A stretch of 64,000 nucleotides of DNA from Podarcis melisellensis (taxonomy: Eukaryota). The stretch lies in the NCBI GenBank assembly GCA_964234715.1, contig OZ174279.1; one strand, 5' to 3'. Within the stretch, counting starts at the first letter, position 1. Each line of letters opens with the position of its first letter. This document shows, piece by piece, positions 22,401 to 34,400 of the stretch. The position numbers were made by a program, and so were the translations under genes. The notes under the pieces are model-generated. The model was not told where the DNA came from and did no database searches. It worked only from the letters and a program-made list of their open reading frames with translations.

Positions 22401-25400
22401 CCCCCACCCCAATAATAATATGCCATGAAAAACTGATCTTTGTGGGGGACAGACGGACCCAAAGTTGATCATTTTTAGCTCAAATTCCTTTTCTAGTGGC
22501 AATCTTACATTTTGGGTGGATGGGTATTACTTGGAGAAGACGACGACCAACCTATTATTTAATTTATTTATTTCCATTCACCTATATATTCTTTTGGAGG
22601 TGACTTGCGCTTCTCTGCTTTTACCAGCAAGCTTTTGGTAGTGGATTTCTCATCATCAGTGCTATTAGTCTCCATCATATCCCCTTCCTCTGTAGAGATT
22701 ATGTGCTGCTGCTTTCGTGGTTTTTTCCTTGGAGAGGCACCAGGTGGCAAGTCACTTGAGGGCACTGAAAGGTTGTTGGCCAGCAGTGTAAGAGACGGGG
22801 AGACAGTATTTGTAGTCAGTGGAGGAACTGCTGAAAGAGAAGACAGGAAGGGACAAGTTTTAAGAGACTGACAGGTAAAACAAAGGCAGCTTTAGAGCCA
22901 ACACCCTTGTCTTCCGAAGACTGCAATGCTAGAGACGAGATGCTAACTGCCAGTGCAGTGCCTTTGTAAGAGGAGAACATTGTTTTTCTAGAGTCCCTCC
23001 TCTCAAGGATCTTAGAGCTTTTATATATACTTTTCCCCTGATTTTCTTTTGAATGGTTTGGCCTTACGTCATGAATAAGAGTGAGCAGAGCTAAGCAAAC
23101 AAAGTCTTTTGTTTCAGTCCTCCCTGGTCTCTTTTTTTCTGGGATTATGGTTAGTATGACAGCGTTTGGGCTCTTTCAGTTCCCAAGAAGGCTGCAAGGC
23201 ACCTTTAGTGCAATCGATTGGCAGTTTGTGTTTGACATGCAAACTACTACGGCAAAAGTAACTTTTAGGAAATTCCTTAACAAATTGAATTTAAGAGTGA
23301 AAGCCTTGAACAGAGACTTCTCACTATAAGGCTGCACAACTGTTCTCTTAGTGTTTACTACAGAGCAGAATTAAGCACTAATGTTTGATCTCTCCACAAA
23401 CTTTAATAGCAAGTGTACAGTGGTACCTCTGGTTATGATTGCTTCTGGTTACGAACTCCGCTAACCCAGAAGTAGCTGCTCCTGGTTGCGAACTTTGCCC
23501 CAGGATGCCAACGGAAATCACGCAGCAGGAACTCCATTAGTGAAAGCGCGCCTCAGGATAAGAATGGTTTCAGCTTAAGAATGGACCTCCGGAACGAATT
23601 AAGTTCATAACCAGCGGTACCACTGTATTCTTTTATTTCTACCTGCCATTTTAACTATGCAACTCTTGTAGCTTTCAGTGACATGCTAGCTATGGCCCTG
23701 CTCTTAATAACCTCTGAACCTCTTTACTAAAATCAAACAAAATATAATTAAAAATGAAGCTGCTAACAATCTTTCTAATTATTATCTGCTGTGGAGCTTT
23801 TGTACCTACTTTGAGCATCTCATTTGTGATTGCTTAAGCAGAAATCTACCTGAGACTGGCCGCATTATATCCATGGGTTCCACTTCCTCTTTTATTTTTA
23901 TCTCTGGCACAACGGGGCCCAATACTGTAGAGAGGACGCCACCCATGGCTGGTGGAGGTGGAGGAGCTGCCACAATTGTGGTTGAAGTCGGTGCAGCAGC
24001 AGGAACAGTTCCTGGAATGGTTGACAGGGCAGCCGTGGGCTGCGAAGGTGGACTAGCTGCTGTGATGATGGTTGGAATGGCAGCTGGTGGCTGCTGGGAA
24101 GTGGGGACTGCAATTGGAGGTTGTTCATTGCTCTGAATGGATACTGCCTCCACAGATACAGTCACTGGAGTGGCCATAGACACATGGATTTCTGGTTTTG
24201 GCTTGGCACTAGATGAAACAAACCAAAAGGAAAAAAGGAAAAAGTTAGCAGGTTCACTTATTCAAGATCCTACTACCATGACTGTATAGAAATGCAGAGC
24301 CTAATTTTGTTCTGGTTTCCCCCCCCCCCCCAGTTTTCTAGAAACATATCTTGCAATATGGTGACATCACATAAGTAGATGGAAGTCTGGGTTTCCAGAA
24401 TCTAAGTAGTACAAGCCCACCAGAAATGGTGAAATACAGTCACCAAGTTTAATGCCTTTTCTTCAGAATCTTGACAATACCATGTAAAAACATCAGAAAG
24501 CAACAAGCTTAGGGTTCCAGTGCTATATCAAAAAATGAGGTACAAAATGAAAGAGGTTTTAGCATTATGCCTGAATCAGAACCTTTGATTTGCTTCTCCC
24601 CAAGAAATCACATTCAGGAAACCAAGAACATTGGCTTCCTGGTCATGTTTTTTTTCAAATGCAGAAAGGAACCAGGTGTGCTGGTTTGGACAGAATTTGA
24701 CAGTAAGCCAGTCAAATTTACATGCTAAAAACCATCAAGATAAGAAAGTACACTGGACCCCATTTTGGACGACACATTTTTGTCTGATCCACTAAGCCGC
24801 CTGCTCTGTGGTATGTTTTCCCACTCAAAGAAGGGGAGAGAAAAACAAGGGATGCTAAAACTGAAGGCAGCATCATATGGCTCATTGGCAAGACTATCTT
24901 GCCTAACTATGGCTTTGCATAGGCTTATATCTGAACATGGCCAATATGTGCATATTGTAGTGATCTGAGAAAAAGTAATTCAATACTCTTAAAATAGCTC
25001 CCTGTTTTATGTTCCCCAGGTCCTAATCTGCTTGCACAGCTCAGTGATCATCACTGAATATTTCACTGAACTCCCATTTACCCAGAAGTAAGTATGCAAC
25101 AGGTGTCTCCACGGAGCTTATTATTTTGCAATGGGTAAGAACAGCCAGCATCTCTTTCACCTTTTTGCCAAGTTAGAATTACAGTATTTTACATATCTTT
25201 TTATTATGAGATCTTACCCAGCTGGTCTTGGCGATCCAGATGCACTCCTCATTGAGCTTTCCACTCGAGCGCCAGATACCTCAGATGGCTGCGGAGGGAT
25301 GAGGCTTTTCCTAACCGCCAACCTGCAAAATAGCCATGAATATAGTAGTTTCTGAAAAGCAAAACTATTACAATAGTTGCCAAGGGTGCTTAATTTAAAA

Positions 25401-28400
25401 GCGGTGTACTATTATTCTCCTTTGCTGTATTTATCCTATATAGGCTCCAGCTGGGGGGCTGATTAGAATTGTTCGCTCCGGCAGATTAATGGAATCCAAA
25501 AGATTCCTGAATTCGCAGGGAAGTTTTCCAAACAGAACAGCTGCCTCTCCTGTCAAGACCCTAGTCTTGCTGTGGAAAAGCAAGATGATATAGGCCACTG
25601 ACACAATTGCACCTAGGGGCCCTCTCCAGTCCTGGTTTCCCAAGAGACTTTGGGCAATGAAACATGTCAGAAGATGGCTAGAGCATAGATTACTTAAGAT
25701 GTAAAGCGGGTTTGACCAAACACAGGTGACAGAGCTCTTTCCTTGTAGGTGGTTACGAAACTACAGCTGGTGCAGAATGCTGCTGGACAGCCTGGGTCAT
25801 GTTAACACTAATTTCTAAGGTTCTGCACTGGCTTCTTGTGAGTTACTGGGCCTGATTCAAAGTTCTGCTATTAGCATATAAAGCCCTGAACAACCAGGCA
25901 CCTAGTTATCTAAAAGAACAGCTCTCCCTATGTTGTCCAACTTGTGCCTTGAAGTCAGCACTGAGGCCCTGATTATGGTCACACACACATAAAATGCTGG
26001 GAGGCTGTTGACATGAGACGAGGCATTTTCTGTAGTGCTCCCTGCACCGTTAACTCCAGACTATGAAAATTACTTCCTGAAGAAATACAGTTGCCCCCTG
26101 CAGTGGCTAGTTTTAAGAAATTGCCTGGTCCCTGTGTTGAAGTGTTTTTACTCTTCTATTTTACTGATCTGTTACTCTGTTTTTAGTTTTGAATTTTTTA
26201 AAAAATACACACCTCTCTGTTTTTGTAAGCTGCTTTGAGCTACATACTGGAGGTAAGGCAGGGTATAAGTCTTCACTAATAAATACATATTCCATGAGTT
26301 CTCACATGTTTTATTGGTTCTGTCATAATGCTCAGCATACATAAGATGACTGATGAACAAAATGCTACAAGGCTGTATCCAACAATATTGTACTGTCGGT
26401 GCAAGGACTTTCATCCGTGCAATGAGACTTCTCCCTCTCCCACCCCTGCAAACCTGGCCCAAATCTCCTACAGAGGACGAGAACCCACAGAAGACATGGG
26501 GCGGGGCTGCGGAGGGAGAGGAAATCCCGTCGCGCAGGCACAAATCCTTGCACCAACACGATGGTTTTATTAGATACGACACTATTTCTTGTACAGTGGC
26601 AAGCAGATTGCACATCATCAAAGCAAGTGCAATTTTACTCACCCATCTGTAGTGGGTTTCTTCCGGAGAATGCTTGGGCGAGGGGATGAACCCTGGGCTG
26701 GTGTACTAGAACTGGCATTCTGACTATGGGTTTGTACCACTGTAGTTGAAGCTGGAGCAGTGTTGAATGTATTGCTGATTGGATTGGCCATAATAGTGGC
26801 TCCATCTGCCAAGACCACTGATGGAAGGAACAAAAAGGTTATAGGGAGGTAGCAGACAAAAGCAAGAGAAATTTAACCAGAAACTCTTTCTCTTAAAATA
26901 AGAAGTGGGAATGTTGTTCCATTCTATGCTTGCTCAACAAATGCCAAATTTAAGGAGACAGCCATCCAAATGATACTCAGGAGCAGAAGAACAACTGAAC
27001 TCAATAGACTTGAGTCCGTCTTTTTACATTGCTCTACTAAGAGTATAACCAAAATTGGATAGCAGGCTGAGTGTTTTAAAACTATCTGCTGCTCAGTTCT
27101 ACAAACGTTAACTCAAGGTGTTCAATGGGGCTCTCTCAAAAATGTATACACAGGATTAAAACTCTAATTAGCCATAGCTTAAGAAAACCACCCACAAACT
27201 TGATCATATATTTTTGGAGATAGGGAACAGCAGATACTGGTAAACAAAATAAAATGCTTAAGTGACTCTAGCAGTGTGTTTGATTCAGAAACAGAAATGG
27301 CAGTTGTCCACATTAGTGACAGCCCAGACCTATGCATTTTTAATCATAAACCCCACCAAGCTCAACAGAACTTCTAAGCAGGTGTTCATAGTAGTATTGC
27401 AGCCATAATTACACGATTAATTAAAAAGCAAACCCCAAGAGGAATAGTTATGGACAATTTTGCTCGCAACACAAGCATTCTTGGCTAGTTACCTGATGTC
27501 TTGGTTTCAGTTTGTGGCTGTTGAGCACCCATTGGTGCAGTCTGAAGACCCTGTGTGCCAATTGGGGCAGCTGGATGTAGCCCTTGGGTTCCAATTGGCG
27601 CAGACTGTATTCCTTGTGCACTGATGGGTGCTGGTTGTATACCCTGTGCACCAATTGGTGCAGACTGGATGCCCTGAATATGACGGGCGTGAGATGCATC
27701 CACTGTCATCAGCTGCATGGGATTAAGATGAACTGTGGAGGCCACTCCTACTCCAGTCTGAGCTGCTATGGCAGAATTTGGCGCCTGAGCTGAAACTGGA
27801 AATACCAAACAATAGACTTAATTACTTCCACACAAAACAGCCAATTTATTATCTTGTGTTGCCAAGCAGCATTGTTAGATTTTGTATTTAAATACTTGTA
27901 GTTTATGCACACATCTGTGGTCCTGCTGAAGATGCCAACAGATTAAATAAGATTCATAAGACAGCCCTTCCAGCATTACGTTTATACAGCAGCAACAGTG
28001 GCTTCATAATGCTAAAGCTGAATTATAATAATCCTCATGAGGACTGTTGAGGTTATATATGCAAAGAAAAAGATGTATTCCAATACTCCAAGGAAAACAT
28101 ATGGCACTTTCACAGCTAGGGTCTAGCTATAACAAGTTTTCTGATTAGCTGAGGTAATTTAGAAGTGGTTATTACTGGATATTCCAATAGTTTGGCTGAG
28201 AACACAAAGCAGAGACTCGCCAGTTAAACTTTCACCTCAATTGTCAAGCTATTAGAAGTTATTTCACACTGTCAGTCCTGGTTTGGAGAGCTTGCACAAA
28301 CCACAATTTGCCAATTTAGATTTAACAGCAAACCCCCATTTCCAAAAACAACAGGACATCCAAGAGAAGGGTGGAAGAGGACTGTCAGGAGGATTTTTGT

Positions 28401-31400
28401 TATTGTTTGTAGCAGTAGCCATTGTAATACAAATCACAAGAAACAAACAAGTCAATTTGAGAGTAATTACAAAATACCAATTTTTCAGAACAGCAAATCA
28501 CCAAAACTTAAAAACTGCAGAATTCCCCAAATCATTTAGATTAAAAATTCCCCTTGGTAGTCACTATGTTTGGGGTCAAAAAAACAGACCATATGCGGTA
28601 GCCACCAAAGTAGTTCTGTTGGCACAAAGAGCTCTAGCTGTGCAATGGAATTTCCTCTCCTTCTCGGCCCCCAGTGCACCCCCCAGTATTTTCTGGGGAT
28701 TCTCCCAATTCTCGTGAGCAGATTTGTGGAGGGCATGGGGAAGAGGAGAGGGAGAGAAAAACCCATTGCGAAGCCGGAAGTCTTTAGCAAAATGATCTGC
28801 TTCATCATTATCTTGACTTGAGCAAGCTTTGCAGAGAGGGTTTTTTAATTATTTAAATATTAAATTTGCCAGATAACTTTGCTTGTTTCCCAAAGTACTT
28901 TGGAACCCCACTTTAGCTGCTCTAAAACTCTTCTGTAAATCAAACTTGGAGATTCCTTACCAGGATATTGGCGTATAGTGGATACAGAGCTGGTAATTGG
29001 TGTGTAAGTGTGGGCAGCCAAAGGGTAAGGAGGTGGATATGTTGGTAAGAAGTACTGGAATTGAACAGGTACTGACTGTCTAGAGGAATGAAGATAAATT
29101 AAATGTTAGACACAACAGTATAATTGTAGCCTTCAAATGAACTGTAGCAGTGATTGTTAATTAACCTTTGTTGCAATGCAATTGACTGTTCTGGTTTGCT
29201 AGCTTCTTTGTGCGTCATCACATTTACCTACTTGGAAGGACACCCAAAAAGCTTCCAAATTCAAACCCTCTTTCTATACCCTGACAATGTTGAACAGTAT
29301 AATTCAATAAAGAGTAAACAGAAGAAGTGAAGTGAAAGAGTTTCTACATTTGCACATACTTCATGTCACTATGTAGTCTGTTTGTAGAACATGTATACAC
29401 CTGACACTATTTCCACTTCCTAACAATGCAGCTCCTTTCCCTTCATCTACAGCTGCCCTGAAATGCAGGAGTCAAATTTGACAAGCAGCATTATTTGCTC
29501 CTCAGGAACCTGACAATTCTCTGAATCCACACCCTTTTAAACAAACTGTAGAATTTGAAGAGCACTGTCCATAACTCACAGAACTGGAAGCATAAATTGT
29601 GGCTTGGTTACCTAGATGTCTTTTCAGCCCGATTGGTTCAAATCAATCCAAAATCACAAGCGCTTCTTTCATCAGAAATATGTAAAGTCTTAGCTGGCGC
29701 AATCCTATGCACATCTATTCAGAAACGAATCTTACCAAGTTCAACTGGGCTTACTCTCAGATATGTGTGCGCATAGGATTAGCTTTGGATACTGAAGTTA
29801 ACTGAGAGATCAAAACACATTTCATTATATTTTTGCAGATGTCCTCACGTATAACATACATGCAATATAACCAAGATGATAAAGTACCTATCCTATGTGA
29901 GTAAATTCGTTCAGTTACCTGTTATCATTTCTAGCTTCCATGGCAACTGGGTTTGGAGATGCCCGGTGCCCAGATATAGGAATGAGATTACTCCTCTCTG
30001 CAGTGTAATCAGACTGGATGCGAGGGGAAGTGTGCGTAATTTGCTGTGGGACTACTTTAGCTGTGCAGTGAAAAAAGACATCCCAGTTATTCACAAAGTA
30101 AACTGTAGTAGATTCATACTAGGAAACAGATACTGATTGTTCCTTTGCTGGAGCAAGATGCACTCCCAACCTCCATTCAACTGGTGGGTAGTAGGAGTAT
30201 GGCTTGCTCAAGGAGGGGAATCTGCTTCTCCTGCCCAGCACTACTGTTTGAAGCCACCCAGTGCGGCTACTTTTCACCTTTAACAAGACGGGCGGAAAGG
30301 AGCAGCACAGGGAGGGTTGCAAAGCACAGGGCTGACAACACCCGTTGTGCTGTAGTTCTCAAGCTTGGAAACCCCACACAAGGGGGTTCAGCAGGTAGGT
30401 GGAACCAGACACCTGTCAAAGTTGCCCTGTGGGAAGCAAAGAAGTTTCCTCACCCCTGATGTACCTAGTCCATTCTGCCCCAGCAGAAAATAAAATGATA
30501 GATCAAAGGACAATGACGCTCAGAACTAATGCTCTCTTACCGACAGGGATGTTTGAGGTGGTCACAGCCGTTGCATGGGAGGAGTGCGAGGGCATAGTCA
30601 CTGTGACAATTGTACTTGTAGGTGCTTGAGTGTGGGATACAGAACCTGAAAGGAAGAAAAGGACACACACAATTAAACATTCTTCAGAATCTGTGCCTTT
30701 GACAGAAAATGTATATCACTTCTAAGCTGGGAAATTTCTGTTGCTCCTTGTAGAACAGCTAGACCCCTAGCCTGCTCCTGCAGTAACTGGGGTGGTGTTT
30801 TTCATGTGTGTCTAGCCTCCAAAATCACATGTTAAAATCATACACTAATTTTATTGTGCCACTCAATAATTATCAGAGATAAAGGGCTTTTTTAAAGCAG
30901 GATACGTCAACCCTATTAATGGTTTTTGTATTTGTGCATAAGAAATGCTGAGCTGTAGATACTCACCAGCTGTAGTTGCCGAAGGAATGGTATTGGTTGC
31001 TAAAATAGGGGCCACAGTTGCTGCTGCCACTGGAGCACCAGTACTAAATATTGTTTTCTGCAGGGGAAAAAAGTTGTCTGTCAAGAAACTATGATTGGCA
31101 TATTTTGGCATCTTGGAACAGAGATGGCACTTCCCCTGATCGGATGCTTTACAGAGGAGCTGGAGTAGATGGGCTTCCATTGTTGGTCTAAGTGACCAGC
31201 TCATGAGAGTCCACAAGCTACCTAGACTATCAGCCACAGCATAGCAGGATGCCATGAACCAAGAGGGCTTTTTAAGCCTCTTACAGCTACACCAGAGGAC
31301 TGAGCAAAAGAAAGATGCTAGGTATATCAAACACCAAGTAGAAAAGCAGCAGCCTAGAAGAGGAAAGGAAGGCTAGACTTGCTTGGCAGATTAAAGAAAG

Positions 31401-34400
31401 CAAGGAGGCAGACTGTGTTCCCGAAAGGAAAGAAGCTCCAGACTTAGGAATGGAGGATTGTGGGTTGGAAGTTTCCCACCCCCTGTCCAGGCCAACAATA
31501 TGTTTCATGCTATGTCATGAAACCTCATTCAACTACCTTATAAAACCATATGGTAAAAGTCAGACAACAACATGGAAGAAACTGCGCTGATCTCACTTAT
31601 AATATTTACCTGAGCCATGGTGTGAAGCTGCTGTTTCTGTGTACCTATGGCTGGATGGGACGGCAGGGTAATTCTGGTTGCTGTATCCCGTGGCTGTGCA
31701 GGGCGCTGAATACTGATAGGTGCAGAAGGTGGGTGCTGCTGAATTGACAGTGTTGGCCGGCTGGAAAAGACAATCTAAGGTTCTTTTTCTGAAAGCACTT
31801 AACAGTCCGTCGACTCATTTTATGAAGAGACACCACAATGGAGCTTAGAATTCTTCATTGTGCATTACATGAATTAATGCACCAACAGCATTTCTTCTGG
31901 ACAGTTCAATCAATGCTGTTTCACATTATATGGCCACCATGTGAAAGGGTGCTTAGCTGCATAGCAAGATGGTGCACACAGAATGGCTCCTTTCATGGAG
32001 CAGCTGCCTAGGGAGGCAGTATGAAGCAACTCCCATTAGATGGCCATATTGTGTAAAGTGGCCCTCAGTTAAATCACCAAATGTACCTTTTTTTATTTAA
32101 AAAAGCAATCCCAAGACACATTTACTAGGGAGTAAGCTCCACTGAGCACAGAGTGACTTACTTCCAAATAAACATATCTATGGTTGTACTATTAATGGGT
32201 ATACTGGTTACCTGAGGGTAGCTTCTGTGGCATGTGTTGTCGTTGTTGTAATAACAGGTGATTGGGCCCTCGTGGCCGACACTGTTGCTACTACAGCAGG
32301 AGGGATGGTACTTGAAGTTGTCACAGGAGGCCGGGACTGTGGTAGGTAAGGAAAAAGTATTACATTAGGGCTTTCAACCAATAATTTTAAAAAAATCATT
32401 CACTGCCTAAAACGTAAAGAAAATACACATAGCAAAACTTTGTAAAAATGGACCTCTGAGTCTCCTAAGGGTCAGATACCATATTTTTCACTCATAAGGC
32501 ACACCTAGTTTTTAGAGGGGGAGATCAAGAAAAAATTATTATGCATCCCGCCCACTGTCTTGGCTTTCTCTTTAGCTGCGCGCAACGTCTCCGGCCGGGA
32601 GAGGCTGCGCTTGACTATGGCAATTCCCCCACCTCCCGCAAAAGCCCACAGGAGCCGCGCACCCTTTAAGGAGCGCACGGCTTCTGCGGGCTTTTCTATG
32701 AGGAGGGAGAAGGGACTGACTAGCCGCATCAGTCCCTTCTCGCTCCTGGGGGAAAGCCCCCAAGAGCCGCGCGGAGCTTGTGTTTGGCTCTTGGGGGCTT
32801 TTCCTGCCTGCCTCCCCCTGCATTCGCTCCATAAGACGCACACACATTTCCCCTTACTTTTTAGGAGGGAAAAAGTGCGTCTTATGGAGCGAAAAATATG
32901 GTAATTTGATTGCCAGACACATTTTTCTCCCTTAGCAATATGTAGATCATTTTTGTAAACATATTATAAAGAAAAACTGTTGGCAACCTTACAAACTAGG
33001 AACTATTTTACATATAAAGAGAGCTTGGCATGGTAGGCTCCACAACTGTGCTTGCACCACACTCAGCTGCCCTGCTTATCCCCCTTAGTAACTGGCAGCA
33101 AAGTGCAGCACTGGGAAGTCAGGAAAGCAATGCAGCCCCACCTGCGCCAGCCACTACTGCACACAAATGGAGCTAAAAGCCAACCAACCATTAACAGGAG
33201 GGCTTCAAACAAAATGGAAAGCTCTTAACTGGGGGAGTTAATCTGAAGTTCACTCTTTGGATAATATTATTAGTTTGCTCCCTTTACAGGTTCTTTAAAT
33301 CTTGGCCTGCGATGCTGAAGAATTTGAGTCACAAGAACCAGTTGTCAGATTTCACAGTTCATTTAACTATGTAAGTGGTTTCCCACTTAAGAAAAGCCCA
33401 AAAGAATCAGAAAGCAACAACAACAATCATACTGCACAATTGTCACCTGCCTGGATAGGTTGGTGAATGATGTGCTGAACTGCTGGTTGAGCTGTCGCTG
33501 CATTTGGCAACTGTGAAGCTGGCCTCAGGACAGTTGTCACTTTAGAACTGGACATCACAGCAGCAGCAGCCGCACCTGAGGAAAATCCCACGTAAAACTG
33601 AGACAATCCCTAAGACAGTCCACTTTTCAAAAAGTGTAAGAGCAGCCACGACTCTTTATGCATGACACAAAGAATTAAGAGTGCTATTAGTAGTGCTGGC
33701 TAAACAAAGCAATTTGCATAAAAGAAAGAAAAAGTGGTAACATCAACCAGGGTTGTATAGCTGCAATATCCCTCAGCTGCATTCTCTCATGCTCCCTTCA
33801 GATGCATCAAGTTTATCCAGCTGGCTTGAACTGCAGATTATTTTACAGGAATATTGAATTGAGCCTAATCTAATCTGGTTCATCTGAACTGCAGATGACA
33901 CCAGTATTAATGTTAACTGCAGTTAGAGATGGTGGATTTGCCCAGAATGTAGACAGCATGTGATCCACAGCATATTGTAAACAAGGGGCAGCCAACATGG
34001 TGTCCTCCAAATGTTGCTGGACTATAACTCTCATCAACCCTGCCCACTGGTTGAACTGTTGGCCTTGCTGGCTATGGATGATGAGATTTGTAGTCAACAA
34101 TGTCTGAAGGGCACCCCTGTTCTAAAACATATGAGGGTGTGTGTGTTGTTGTTTTTTTAAAAAATGATCAACACACCATATTCTACTGTAACCCTAATTA
34201 TATCCTACACTTTCCCAAGACCAAGAAGCTAAAAATAGTTACTTTAGATTGCAGCCATTATCTTTATAGCTACTCTACCAAGGTATTGACGCATGCATTA
34301 ACCACAGTATAAACATTGTCCAGAATAAGTTTATTACATAATCAATCATCCCAAGAAAGTATTATGTTAAGTACCTCGAGGTAAGTGAGACGCTCCAATG

